Virus record (IMG/VR): IMGVR_UViG_3300019880_000001
Span: 1-64,000 of that record
DNA length: 64,000 bases
From: a virus
Reading direction: 5' to 3' (one strand)
Shown here: piece after piece, positions 37,140 to 48,459 of the stretch
Position numbering within the stretch: the first letter of the stretch is position 1
How the letters are laid out: each line of letters opens with the position of its first letter
The notes under the pieces: model-generated
Seen by the model: only the letters and a program-made list of their open reading frames with translations
Databases searched by the model: none
Told to the model about the DNA's origin: nothing
Program-made: the position numbers and the translations under genes

Positions 37140-37388
37140 ATGCGAGTCGTGATCGACAACGCGGCGCTCAGGAGGAACCGTTCCTGTAAGGGCGCCTACA
37201 CCAACCGGGAATGGGATCCTGCATTGCAGGCGCTCGTGTTCCCGAATTGGGAAGAGTCGGTCAAAGAGCTGCTGTCGACTCCGAAGGGGCTCGCTCGTCT
37301 CGAATGGTACGTCCGGCACAATCTCGTGCCGATGACGATGTCTGAATTCATCGCGGCGAAAGCCGCACGTGGAGGCTCCAGTGAGTGA
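37140..37388 (+). CDS. hypothetical protein
   Basis: 82 aa ORF within the operon. Confidence 0.55.
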   Translation: MRVVIDNAALRRNRSCKGAYTNREWDPALQALVFPNWEESVKELLSTPKGLARLEWYVRHNLVPMTMSEFIAAKAARGGSSE

Positions 37389-37887
37389 GTTCGTCGGACG
37401 TACAGGATCGATGCGTGTTTACTCGTACCCGGAAACTCGACGCAGCGGCAGCGATCCGCTGACGGCGTTCGCGCGGAACTTCGCGACGGGCACGAAGGGC
37501 AGCAATACGGTCGGGCCTGACGGCCTGGATATCGTGTGGAACGCGATCGACGTCGGAGTCGATCCTGACAACGACGTCCCGATCACTCCAAAAGCCACCG
37601 GGCAGTTGCTCATCACCGGCGTCATCACGCTCACCAACGGAACCGGCGCGCCGATAGACGCCGTCGTTACGGTGCATCTCGACGGTGTCGCCGCCGGACC
37701 GTCTTTCGCTACGATGACGATCCCCGCAGGCGCTACGGCCGCCATTCCTTTCATGGCAGAGACCGAAGTCATCTCGCCGCTCAACGAGGAGCACTTGATC
37801 CAAGTTTTCGTCGACGGCGACGGTTTGACCACCGTATCCGACGGCTCGGTGATCAACGTTCAAGAGGTCGTACTCTCGACCGGTTGA
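37381..37887 (+). CDS. beta-rich structural protein with a degenerate N-terminal tag
   Basis: GGAGG RBS; N-terminus MSEFVGRTGSMRVYSYP. Confidence 0.65.
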   Translation: MSEFVGRTGSMRVYSYPETRRSGSDPLTAFARNFATGTKGSNTVGPDGLDIVWNAIDVGVDPDNDVPITPKATGQLLITGVITLTNGTGAPIDAVVTVHLDGVAAGPSFATMTIPAGATAAIPFMAETEVISPLNEEHLIQVFVDGDGLTTVSDGSVINVQEVVLSTG

Positions 37888-37898
37888 AGGAGACGCGC

Positions 37899-38081
37899 AT
37901 GCCCAAGCTGATTCACCAGGAGACGATGTGCTGCGGGTACAAGAAGTGCCCGGAGCTCAAGATCTTCGAAGACGGCTCCGTCGAACTCAGCGACAACGAC
38001 GAGGAGATCGGTTCGGTCGGAACCCTCAAGCTTCGTCCCGAAGTGATGTCTCGCCTCGTCGAGATCTACTCGAAAATCTGA
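37899..38081 (+). CDS. small hypothetical protein (CC..CP)
   Basis: AAGGAG RBS; MPKLIHQETMCCGYKKCP. Confidence 0.6.
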   Translation: MPKLIHQETMCCGYKKCPELKIFEDGSVELSDNDEEIGSVGTLKLRPEVMSRLVEIYSKI

Positions 38082-38084
38082 ACC

Positions 38085-39260
38085 ATGACCCGCATCATCG
38101 GTAGGGGCAGGTACGCCACGAGCGTATACCCGAGCAGTCCAAGCGGCGGCTCGGGCGCTGGCGGCGAAGTACTGCCCTTCTCGAATTTGCGCTACCTCGA
38201 TCCGGCAACGACACACGCGGCGCCGCACACGGGATCGGTCAGTAACCCGTGCGTGACGGTCGCCGAGATCGCCGCGCTGACCCCCGGGTTCATGGTGATC
38301 CAGGTCGCCGGAAGCCCAACGGACGACCCGGCGCTGATCCCCGCCGGAACGTTGTGCGGCATCACGGGAATGCCGCAGGTCGGTTTCTTCTTTCCGTCGA
38401 TGACGCTCGAAGCGAGCGCGAATGTTTCGATGCGTGACGTGTACTTCGTCAACATCGGCGAGCAAGAGGGCGGCGGAGCGGCGCAGCTCAATGTCGTGCT
38501 CGCCCTCGACCCGTCGGAATCGACCTCGTTCGCGAATCAGATTCGCCAGATAGATCTCCCGAACTCTCAGGTCTCGCTGACTCGTTGCAACGTCTACTCG
38601 TCGACTAGCGCGACGTTCTTGACGCTCTACCAGTGTCGTATTTCGAATCTCGGTGGAAACCCCGCGCCTGACATCACGATGAACAACGGCGGGTTTTTCT
38701 ACGCCGAAGGCACCGTGTTCAGTTCTTCTGTGCCGTCCACCATCACGCTCGACACGAGCGGAGGACGATTCGTCGAATGCACGTTCACCGGAGCCGTGAC
38801 GATCGACAATGCGACTGGGATCGCGACGTTCGATCAAATTTCGTTGGATAGCCTCAACGCGGCGGGGGGTACTATCACTACTCCCGAGAACCTGGCTCTG
38901 TCTCCGGCGTCGTTGATCGTTCCTATGATCGGAACGCAGACCGTCGCGGCCAGCGCCGTTCTCACGATCGGAGCTAACGCTTCTGCCGTACCTCAGTACG
39001 CATCCAAAGCGACCGCATTCATCCCGCAGGCCGCCGCCGTCGGAGAGTCATTGGCGATCACGCTCGTCATCGCGGGAGGCGCCGTGATCGGGTCAGTGAC
39101 CGTAGACGATACGACTCCCGCCGGCGCCGTAGACATTCCGCTCATAACGCCGAAAGTTCCGATTCCGTCGGCCGGGGTGCTCCTTGCCGATCTCAACTAC
39201 ACGGCCGGAGGCGGCCCAACGCCACTTGCCGCAACCGTTGTCCGCGTCGATTTGATTTGA
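38085..39260 (+). CDS. spike-like protein A (IGRGRY tag, beta-helix-like body)
   Basis: [16 protein letters not shown], Gly linker, beta-solenoid-like sequence. Confidence 0.7.
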   Translation: MTRIIGRGRYATSVYPSSPSGGSGAGGEVLPFSNLRYLDPATTHAAPHTGSVSNPCVTVAEIAALTPGFMVIQVAGSPTDDPALIPAGTLCGITGMPQVGFFFPSMTLEASANVSMRDVYFVNIGEQEGGGAAQLNVVLALDPSESTSFANQIRQIDLPNSQVSLTRCNVYSSTSATFLTLYQCRISNLGGNPAPDITMNNGGFFYAEGTVFSSSVPSTITLDTSGGRFVECTFTGAVTIDNATGIATFDQISLDSLNAAGGTITTPENLALSPASLIVPMIGTQTVAASAVLTIGANASAVPQYASKATAFIPQAAAVGESLAITLVIAGGAVIGSVTVDDTTPAGAVDIPLITPKVPIPSAGVLLADLNYTAGGGPTPLAATVVRVDLI

Positions 39261-39273
39261 AAGAGGTATTCCA

Positions 39274-40503
39274 ATGAGCCGAGTCATAGGTCGAGGTCGC
39301 TACGCCACCGAAACGTACCCGTCAGGCCCCGGAGGCGGAGGCGGCGCCGGCGGCGCGAGCGTTCCGTTCGCTCGGCAGCGTTTCATCGACGGGGATACGG
39401 CGCAGACCGGATTGAACGGATCGGCCGCGGAACCGTACGAGACCATCGAGCAGTTCATGACTGCGCGGGACAACACCATCTCGGCGGCTGATTCTGCGGC
39501 GAACTTCGTCGGGTGGCTCATGCCGGCGCTCGCCGGGTACGTGGAAGACGTTGCATTCCGCGCTCGGTGCTCGACGGAGCTCCGAGCCGATTCCATGTCG
39601 GTGCCTGGTACCGGCGGCGTGACCATCGACGGTGATATTTCGTGGACCAACACGTCAGGTACCGCGGCGGCGCCGGCGGCCATTGCTTCGCTTCACAACA
39701 TCAACGTGACGGGCACCATTACGGTGACCGACAACGCCGAGTCTCCCGAATTGCTATTCTCCATCAGCGGAGACGAAGAGCCTGGAGGATCCTCTGCGGT
39801 CATAGGCGGGTTCGATTCCAGCACGACCACGACGTTGGCGTCGATATCGCTCAACAACGCGCAGTGCACCGGCGATCTCACCGCAGGGGTCGCGGCCGAC
39901 AGCGCTGTGGTGATCCTCACAGGCGGATCTATAATTACCGGAGACATCACCGCAAAAGCACTTCAATGCAACAACGCGGTCATCGACGGAGCCGTTACGG
40001 TAAACGCGGCTGGATTTGCGATTTTCCGCGCTTCTGCTTTCGCAGGGGCATGTGCGCTCACGGCTGCCACCTCATCGTTCGATGGGGACTCCTGGCTTAG
40101 CTTCTTGGCAAACGGCGGAACTCGTGTTGCAGGAACGACTGTGCTCGTCACAGGAGGCGCCAGTACCGCTCTCGTAGAAGGTGCGGCTCTGACAGGCGCG
40201 TCTACGAACGTGTCTCTGAACGGCACGGGAGCAACGGCTGGTTTCACTGGCGCTAACTCCGGCAACCACTACACGACGTCGAACGGGACCCCGACCACCG
40301 TCACACTCAAAACCGGCGGCGGAGAGTTGGTGGGCGACACGATGCTCATCACGAAGACGGATCTCGGCGCGAACGTTGTAGCGGTCAAGAACAACGCCGG
40401 AGCGCAGATCGCATCGATCCCAACGCTCGCCAAAGGGTTCGTGCTCGCACGATTCAATGGCTCCGACTGGGTCTTCGTGTCGGGAGGTTCGATGCTGGCA
40501 TGA
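39274..40503 (+). CDS. spike-like protein B (IGRGRY tag)
   Basis: [16 protein letters not shown], Gly linker, FIDG..GS.AEPY.TI motif; C-terminal FNGSDW. Confidence 0.7.
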   Translation: MSRVIGRGRYATETYPSGPGGGGGAGGASVPFARQRFIDGDTAQTGLNGSAAEPYETIEQFMTARDNTISAADSAANFVGWLMPALAGYVEDVAFRARCSTELRADSMSVPGTGGVTIDGDISWTNTSGTAAAPAAIASLHNINVTGTITVTDNAESPELLFSISGDEEPGGSSAVIGGFDSSTTTTLASISLNNAQCTGDLTAGVAADSAVVILTGGSIITGDITAKALQCNNAVIDGAVTVNAAGFAIFRASAFAGACALTAATSSFDGDSWLSFLANGGTRVAGTTVLVTGGASTALVEGAALTGASTNVSLNGTGATAGFTGANSGNHYTTSNGTPTTVTLKTGGGELVGDTMLITKTDLGANVVAVKNNAGAQIASIPTLAKGFVLARFNGSDWVFVSGGSMLA

Positions 40504-40835
40504 GCGGATTCCTGCTCATCTCAGCGCTCGTCGGCGCAACTCTTCTCGTCGTACGCAGCACCCTCTTTGATCCGATTCGTCGGATTTGGCCCGCGCTCTT
40601 GCGATGCTCCCAGTGTTTCGGCACGTGGGTAGGCATCGCCGCGAGCGCGAGTGGCGTCGTGCCGGTAGGGCACGGGCGGATTCTTGACGCGCTCATCGTC
40701 GGAGCGGCGACAAGCTTCTTGTCGCTGCTAGCCGATGCTGTACTCTTGTATTTGCTCGGCGATCCGAGCGAGGAGCCCGAATCCCATGCGCCGAAAACTG
40801 ACGACTCTGAAAGCAAAGATGGGGCACAGCCATAA
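40500..40835 (+). CDS. DUF1360-like membrane protein
   Basis: LFDPIRR..LLRCSQCFGTWVG plus TMs. Confidence 0.65.
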   Translation: MSGFLLISALVGATLLVVRSTLFDPIRRIWPALLRCSQCFGTWVGIAASASGVVPVGHGRILDALIVGAATSFLSLLADAVLLYLLGDPSEEPESHAPKTDDSESKDGAQP

Positions 40836-41081
40836 CGGTTGCGCTCGCGCGCTCGCGGACATCTCGCTCTACCGAGAGCACCGAAACAACCACAACGTGC
40901 ACGCCAACGTCGGCGGTGCGGTTTCGCCTCACTACGACACTGGTTTTAGCGGATGGTCGAACGCCTCTCGCCCGAGAGACAGCGCCATCTCTTTGCGATC
41001 CGTTACGGCACTCAGCTAGTTCGATCGGAGTAAGCCGAAAAATATTCAGTCGGCGATTTTTCGTCGAATCGAAAGCCTGAA

Positions 41082-42202
<1,121 letters not shown>

Positions 42203-42206
<4 letters not shown>

Positions 42207-42934
42207 GCACCGCGGGCAACGGAAACAACACCAAGTACCTTCAAGACAACGCGAACCTAGGCACTTTCAACGGCGCGTGCTCGGTGTGTTTTTGGGTATG
42301 CCCCTCCGGCAACACATTCGGCCCCGGCACGGACGGGTTCGTCACCGTTCTCGATCTCGGCGTGAACGGCGGCGGCGGCAACTTCGACTGGCAATTCTAC
42401 TTTGACATTTCTCCGAACAACCTCACGCTGCACTACACGAACTACACAAGCGGGACGCCGACCGTCGATCAAGTAGTAGGCACACTCAGCGCGACAGTGA
42501 TGTCCTTCGTCGCACTGACACACGACCCGGCTGCCGCCGGTGGCACCACGAAATTGTACCTAGGAACCGGACCAGGATCCGCCTTGTCGTTGGTTGCTAC
42601 GCTTACCGGCGATGTGTGGACCGGCACCATGGGGAACCTCACGCTCTTCAACTGGTTCGGAGACACCGAACCGCTGAACGGCGAAATGACGGGCTGGCGC
42701 CAATGGTCCGTAGTGCTCACGCAGACGGAGCTCGAGAACGAGTACTCCTCGATCAAACCGAAGAGCCGAATATCGAATCTCGTACGGTTCTACCCGTGGC
42801 TCAACGAGCCGCAGGACAACATCGACCAGTCGGGGAGCGGCTTCAACATGACGAAGACGGGCACGCTCGCCACCGCACGCCGTATGCCGTCGGTCCCGTG
42901 GGGTTCGCCTCCGGTCGCGATGGGCTACGGTTAA
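42203..42934 (+). CDS. LamG/concanavalin-like lectin domain protein
   Basis: [44 protein letters not shown]. Confidence 0.75.
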
Positions 42935-44010
42935 CGCGTTATCCCCGCGTACCAACTCGGACTAGAGATCATGTCGAAATATTGCTCGTACAGCGGGGCC
43001 ACGTTGCCCATCGTGTAGATCTGAGCGTTCTCTAGACACCGCTCAGGAGATATTTGATCTACGTGCATCGCGGCGTTCAAGAACTGCTTGAAGCTCCGAC
43101 ATCGAAATCCGGTGATTCCGTGCGCGACCGTTTCTGGGAACGCACCCCAATCGCTTGTGATGACCGGGGTTCCGGAAAAACCAGCCTCGACAACGACACC
43201 GCCGAACGGCTCGAGGTAGTGTGTTGGCACGAAGAGAGCCTTGGCACCCGCTAGCAGCTCGCGCCGCTTCGCGACGTCTGCGATGCCGGCGTACTCGACG
43301 TGATCGTCTTTTGACGGTTTCTCACCGGGGGCACCGGCGATGACGAGTTTCGCCCCGAGCTCGCGCGTGACGTCGACGGCGATCTGATACCCCTTTTGGT
43401 GCGTCATTCGCCCTAAAAACAGAAAGTAGTCGCTCTTCTTCGCGCGAAACTCGAAATCGCCGGGGTCGAAGTAGTTGGGGACGACCGCGTCGTACCAAAT
43501 ACCGGTGCGCTGCGCTTGAAGACCGTACACGTGATGCATCCAAGCGTACGACTCGAAGCACCGTCGTTGCGTAAACACACCCTCGTAGCCCACACCGAAC
43601 TCGACGGCGGCGGTACCGTTCAAAGCGTGCGCGATACTCTCTTGCCCGCGTCCCATGATCAAACAGAGAAATTCGTCTGGACGCCCGACGATGCGTTTCC
43701 GAGCTCGCCGGACGGCCTTGTTATTCCAAAGATTGACGTGATGTCCGCTCAACGGAGCGGCGTGCCAGATCTTCTTCTCGTACCACTCTTGGCCGCCGAA
43801 GAGCCTGTCCTGATCTTCTACCGAGAACACCTCGACGTGTTCCGTCAGCTCGCCGAGATCGTCCGAGCCCTCGTTACCGTAGTGGATCACTTCGTGGCCA
43901 CGCTCACTCATCATTTTGCAGAAACGCTGCACTTTGCCGGTGTACGCACATAGACCGTACTTCTTGTTCGACACGGTGTGCGCGAGAGCAAAAACGTGCA
44001 GCCTGGCCAT
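42931..44010 (-). CDS. GT-B (GT4-like) glycosyltransferase
   Basis: FLFLGRMTHQKG, EPFGGVVVEAGFSGTPVITSDWGAFPETV. Confidence 0.92.
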   Translation of the reverse strand: MARLHVFALAHTVSNKKYGLCAYTGKVQRFCKMMSERGHEVIHYGNEGSDDLGELTEHVEVFSVEDQDRLFGGQEWYEKKIWHAAPLSGHHVNLWNNKAVRRARKRIVGRPDEFLCLIMGRGQESIAHALNGTAAVEFGVGYEGVFTQRRCFESYAWMHHVYGLQAQRTGIWYDAVVPNYFDPGDFEFRAKKSDYFLFLGRMTHQKGYQIAVDVTRELGAKLVIAGAPGEKPSKDDHVEYAGIADVAKRRELLAGAKALFVPTHYLEPFGGVVVEAGFSGTPVITSDWGAFPETVAHGITGFRCRSFKQFLNAAMHVDQISPERCLENAQIYTMGNVAPLYEQYFDMISSPSWYAGITR

Positions 44011-44627
44011 CAGAGAACCCCCCGCACGGCACTGTATGCACGCCCAAAGCACCCGTCATGCGAGAGCACGGTGACGTCGCCCCCGGACCAGTTCTCGTTG
44101 CTCCCCTCGTCCAGCCACTCGTCCAAGCTAGACGCGGTGAGCATATGTGGGTGGCCGTCGTGAGGCGGAAGATCAATCCACTCGAAGATGCGAACTCGTC
44201 GCCCGAGCGTCATCGCGTTTCGAATGATCAGCTTCGGGTCTTCGACGTGCTGGAGGCAATTGTAGATCCACACCTCATCGAAAGGCTTGTGCCCCCCATC
44301 GAGAACGTTCTGGAAACGCTCGATCACGGTCTCGCCTGGGTCGTGCAGAGCCTCGATACCGGTCATGGCGTACCGCAAGTAGACCCACGCCGGATACTGC
44401 AACGGGTCGGTCACGACACGCCTCTTGGCCCCTCGAGTCTTCAAGAGCATCGAGGCGGGCCCCGCGCCGATGTCCAAGATGTGAGAGTGCTCCGGTACCA
44501 CGAAATCCCAGTGCTGGCGCTTGATCCCCATGAGAGAAGCGTACACGTAGTGCTTGCGCTCCTCGTAGAAGGTGTTGCTGCAATCCCCCCAAAAAGCCGC
44601 CTCAAAGTCCTGCGCCGGGTTTCCCAT
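44010..44627 (-). CDS. class I SAM-dependent methyltransferase
   Basis: ILDIGAGP, FDEVWIYNCLQHVEDP. Confidence 0.85.
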   Translation of the reverse strand: MGNPAQDFEAAFWGDCSNTFYEERKHYVYASLMGIKRQHWDFVVPEHSHILDIGAGPASMLLKTRGAKRRVVTDPLQYPAWVYLRYAMTGIEALHDPGETVIERFQNVLDGGHKPFDEVWIYNCLQHVEDPKLIIRNAMTLGRRVRIFEWIDLPPHDGHPHMLTASSLDEWLDEGSNENWSGGDVTVLSHDGCFGRAYSAVRGVL

Positions 44628-44703
44628 TGTTTTACGTTCGTATACTCCACGATCGCCGAACGAGTGTCCAGATCAGGTGTCGTGGTACCCTTCCGGACGA
44701 GCC

Positions 44704-45258
44704 ATGGCGCGTCGAATCCCCTGGAAAGCCATTGCGATAGGCGGTGCCGTCGCTGGGGGTGTCAGCGCTATTGTACTTGCCAGCCGCAAAAAGCTTCCCT
44801 CGTCTTTGCCGGCCCGGCGCGTGGCGCTCATCGGAGACTCGTACGCGGTAGGGCTCGGGCCGGAGCTCCAAAAGCTCCTCCCCGACTTCAAATATGAGGG
44901 GCACGTTGGGAACACCACTGCGGCGTGGGCTGCGCACAGCGCAAGCTGCGGCACGTGCGGCGACTGGCTCACGACGTTCAAGCCCGACGTCGTGCTCGTG
45001 TCTCTCGGAGTCAACGACGGCGTCTCGCCGAACCGAAAGAACTACAACGACATCGTGAGCGCGCTGCACGGCATCGGTGCTCGAGTTGTTTGGATCGAAC
45101 CTCCGGCAGGTGTCATCATCCCGGCGATACGCGCCGCTATCACCTCGCTCGGCGTGACGACGGTGCCTCCCACTCAAACACCTCTCGCCGGCGACGGACT
45201 GCATCCGCAAAGCTACGGACCGTGGGCTCAAGAAGTCTTCCAGGCGGTGCGCCAATGA
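44704..45258 (+). CDS. membrane-anchored SGNH/GDSL hydrolase
   Basis: N-terminal TM; LIGDSY, SLGVND, DGLHP. Confidence 0.88.
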   Translation: MARRIPWKAIAIGGAVAGGVSAIVLASRKKLPSSLPARRVALIGDSYAVGLGPELQKLLPDFKYEGHVGNTTAAWAAHSASCGTCGDWLTTFKPDVVLVSLGVNDGVSPNRKNYNDIVSALHGIGARVVWIEPPAGVIIPAIRAAITSLGVTTVPPTQTPLAGDGLHPQSYGPWAQEVFQAVRQ

Positions 45259-45488
45259 TGCTCAACGGACGCCCGACGATCGGGTTCGGAGACGAGCACA
45301 CCGTCCCGCCGCTAGAGCTCCGTACGGCCTACACCGTGAAGGGGCTCGGCATCGGCGCCGGGGGACTCATCGGTTACCTCACCTTCGGGCCCTTGGGGAT
45401 GGTTCTCCTTGGAGGCGCCGGCTGGTACGTGGGCAACCGCGTCGCCGTCAACGCCGAGAAGAAATTCGTAGAAGGACAACACACATGA
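45255..45488 (+). CDS. small glycine-rich membrane protein
   Basis: LNGRPTIGFGD followed by TM segments. Confidence 0.65.
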   Translation: MMLNGRPTIGFGDEHTVPPLELRTAYTVKGLGIGAGGLIGYLTFGPLGMVLLGGAGWYVGNRVAVNAEKKFVEGQHT

Positions 45489-47305
45489 GGATCATCGGCA
45501 GAGGACGTTACGTCTACGGAACGTACCCAACGACAAGCGCGTCGGCAACGAGCGGGCCCCCCAGCGGCCCCGCCGGCGGAGACCTGGGGGCTACGTACCC
45601 AGACCCAACCGTCGTGGCGCTCGAGGAAACGAGCACGCCGGCGAGGCTCGCGATCGGCGCAATCCCAGACGGCGAATTGCTCATGCGTTCGGGGCTGGCG
45701 GTCATCGGCGCAGGCGCCGCCATGGGAGCCGCCATCACAGTGCGTCGGATCAGCGACAGCAACCTTGGCGGCACGAAGCTGGTCGACATAGCGACCACCA
45801 GCCTACGCGACGGCACGATCTCGTGGGTCTACAGCGTCGGAGCCCTCTTTCAGCTCGTGAAAGCGCCGAGCGCGGCACTTCTCGCGGCGGTCGACGGGAT
45901 CACCGTCGTCGCGTCTACCGCAACCGCAGGATCCGTGTGGGTACGTCTCGAGGCCACGGCAAACCAGCGGTTTGGGGTCGAGCCGCCGCTCTTCATCGAT
46001 CCTTCCGCCGGCAGCGACGACAACGACGGACTCCTCGTCGGAAACCCACTCAAGAGCGCCGACGAATGGTCCCGCCGAACCAACGGCGTCACCATGCTCG
46101 CGTCTTTCACGGTCACCTGCGCCGCCGGCGACGTCGGTAGCTTCTTCGGCAAACAATACTTCGACAACCGCAGCACAGCGGTCACGATCAGCATCGTCGG
46201 CACGAAGAGCCTCAGCGCTACCATGACGGTCTCTTCGATCACGCCGGAGAACAGCGCACCCGGAGTACAACAAGAATTCTGGATGGTAAAAACCGGAGGT
46301 CCGGTGCTCACCGGCGCGGAGCGACTTCGGATACTTACGAGTTCTATTCCGGCGAACGTCGGAGCCACAGGATGCGTGCGGGGGTTCGAGGGAAGCGATC
46401 CGACGCATCCGTATACCTCCACGTGGAGCAACGGCGCGACCTCACTGGCAAACCTCTTCCCCGCTGCGGGCGACACGTTCGCGGTCGAGACACTGCTCAC
46501 CACGTTCCGCGCGGACGACATGGACACGCGCAACATCGGCCAAGGTTGCATCCTGTCGTTCATCGACATGGTTCATCCGGCGACCACCAGCGTACCTGGC
46601 ATCTCCCCAAGCTCCAACAACGCGCGCGTTACCCCGTCGGGGGACCACCTGTTCATCTCGTGCATCTTCGGCACCACAGGGGGCGGGATCGTTCGTATCG
46701 ACAACGATCAGCTCTGGTTCCGCGGATGCGAGTTCAAGTCGCAAGTCCATTTCGTTGGCGGCGGCCCCTCAGGAATCGTGGCCTATCAATGCACGTTCCG
46801 TGTAGGCGCGGTCATAAATTGTTCGTTCTCTCAAACAGGATGCGTATTCGAAGGTGTCACCTCGACCGCCACTTTCTGGTCCAACACCGGAGACGCCCTG
46901 TTCTCGCGCATCACAGGCACCGCGTTCGGGGTGGGAGGCGTGTTTGCAACTGTCCTAGGCAGAGTTTGGACGCCGCTCGCCGGAGCTCGCAGCGCGGTGA
47001 CGATTGGAATCAGCGTCTCCACCGGCGGTACCCTGAACTCCCAAACGTTCGCGCAGATCAACGATAGTATTTCAGCATCAACGGGCGCCATAGTCATGAA
47101 CGGGATCGTCGTACACGGGTACACCGTCGATCCGAACGCGAATTCTCGCGTGCAGTCGGTCAACACCACGATAGGTGCGCTGATCTACATTCACGACATC
47201 GCTGGAGATCCGGTGAACCCACCCGTGTCGGGGTGCTTCCAATACTCAGTCGCCGGGCAAATGCGTCTGATGAATCCCGCCGGGGTTGTCACACCACTCA
47301 ACTGA
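45485..47305 (+). CDS. spike-like protein C (IGRGRY tag, pectin-lyase-like beta-helix)
   Basis: MRIIGRGRYVYGTYP; AGGDLGATYPDPTV; FIDPSAGSDDNDGL...PLKS; repeated C-x-F turns. Confidence 0.75.
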   Translation: MRIIGRGRYVYGTYPTTSASATSGPPSGPAGGDLGATYPDPTVVALEETSTPARLAIGAIPDGELLMRSGLAVIGAGAAMGAAITVRRISDSNLGGTKLVDIATTSLRDGTISWVYSVGALFQLVKAPSAALLAAVDGITVVASTATAGSVWVRLEATANQRFGVEPPLFIDPSAGSDDNDGLLVGNPLKSADEWSRRTNGVTMLASFTVTCAAGDVGSFFGKQYFDNRSTAVTISIVGTKSLSATMTVSSITPENSAPGVQQEFWMVKTGGPVLTGAERLRILTSSIPANVGATGCVRGFEGSDPTHPYTSTWSNGATSLANLFPAAGDTFAVETLLTTFRADDMDTRNIGQGCILSFIDMVHPATTSVPGISPSSNNARVTPSGDHLFISCIFGTTGGGIVRIDNDQLWFRGCEFKSQVHFVGGGPSGIVAYQCTFRVGAVINCSFSQTGCVFEGVTSTATFWSNTGDALFSRITGTAFGVGGVFATVLGRVWTPLAGARSAVTIGISVSTGGTLNSQTFAQINDSISASTGAIVMNGIVVHGYTVDPNANSRVQSVNTTIGALIYIHDIAGDPVNPPVSGCFQYSVAGQMRLMNPAGVVTPLN

Positions 47306-47308
47306 AAA

Positions 47309-48013
47309 ATGCAGATCGAAACCTCACTGCTCGCGCTCCCTGGAATCGGCACCGTCACGCCGACGTTCCTGTGCTCGCTCGTGGGCATGGCCGTGCGCCA
47401 CGGTTGGGATCCGAACGGCATCGCGCTCGTCATCAGCGAAGAGAGCCTCTTCAACCCCTCCGCGAAGAACCCCCACAGCTCGGCCAGCGGCCTGATCCAG
47501 TTCATCGATTCGACGGCAGCGTCCCTCGGGACTACGACCGCCCAGATCCGCGCCATGAGTGCCGAAGAGCAACTCCCGCTCGTGGAACGCTTCTTCCAGA
47601 CGAGCCTCAACGGGAAAATCCCCGCTCGCATCGAAGACTATTTTCTCTCGGTGCTCGGGCGCCCCGATCTCATCGGGAAACCAGACGACACGCCGGTCTT
47701 CGTCAGAGGTTCGGGCGGCTACGCCGGCAACCCACAGATCGACATCGGCGGGGACGGCGTCATCACGGTCGGCGACACGCGCGCGTACATGCAGCGAGTG
47801 CTCCAACGGGCGAAAGGCACGGTCGGCACTTACCCCGCGATCTGTTACGAGAACGTCACGGCGCCTTCGACGCGAAGCAACGGCACGCTTGCTGCTTTTG
47901 CGCTCGGTACGATCATGGCCGCTGTGGGGTACGGCACCTACAAGGTGTTGAGCGCGTTGAGCCCGAGACCAGAATCCACGGCTCTACCGCCGCCGGCTTT
48001 CAGGCGCACATGA
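47309..48013 (+). CDS. lytic transglycosylase (SLT-like) with C-terminal TM
   Basis: ISEESLFNPSAKNP.SSASGLIQF; D.GGDGVITVGD; TM near the C-terminus. Confidence 0.85.
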   Translation: MQIETSLLALPGIGTVTPTFLCSLVGMAVRHGWDPNGIALVISEESLFNPSAKNPHSSASGLIQFIDSTAASLGTTTAQIRAMSAEEQLPLVERFFQTSLNGKIPARIEDYFLSVLGRPDLIGKPDDTPVFVRGSGGYAGNPQIDIGGDGVITVGDTRAYMQRVLQRAKGTVGTYPAICYENVTAPSTRSNGTLAAFALGTIMAAVGYGTYKVLSALSPRPESTALPPPAFRRT

Positions 48014-48459
48014 CGAACAAGACGCTCCTCTGGCTCTCGGCAGGCGGAGCCGCCGCGGGGGCCGCCATCCTCCTCTGGAAAAGGACGGGAGTGGATGTAC
48101 CCACAACTCCGTCCATTCCTGTGGCAGCGCCCGGCGAGGCCACGAAAGTCACGCTCGCGGTACCCGCAGGTTGGCGTCGCGTCACCGGATCCGAAGTGTC
48201 CGCGCTCCCCGAGCTCGCATCGCAAGCGAACTCGCTCATGAACACGCCGGGTTTCACGTCGATGCGGTACGGAACGCTCGCCCCGTTCGTAGCTTCCGAT
48301 GGCAACACGTACGCGACGTGGATCGAACAGCACTACCATGAGCCGGGTGGCTCTACGAAGCTGTGGGGGCTACACCATGGGGTGACGGTACTAGCCCAAG
48401 CGAGCGCGCCCTCGGTTCTCGCCGACGAGTGGCCCGGCGTCAGACGTGGAAGCACATGA
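48010..48459 (+). CDS. membrane-anchored 'PAGWRR' domain protein
   Basis: N-terminal TM; VPAGWRRV...DGNTY..IEQH...HHGVTVL. Confidence 0.7.
   Translation: MTNKTLLWLSAGGAAAGAAILLWKRTGVDVPTTPSIPVAAPGEATKVTLAVPAGWRRVTGSEVSALPELASQANSLMNTPGFTSMRYGTLAPFVASDGNTYATWIEQHYHEPGGSTKLWGLHHGVTVLAQASAPSVLADEWPGVRRGST

Noticed and set aside
40819-41081. Small ORF or ncRNA between the DUF1360-like gene and the collagen gene
   Set aside because: There is no convincing RBS, motif or stable structure, so it cannot be supported.
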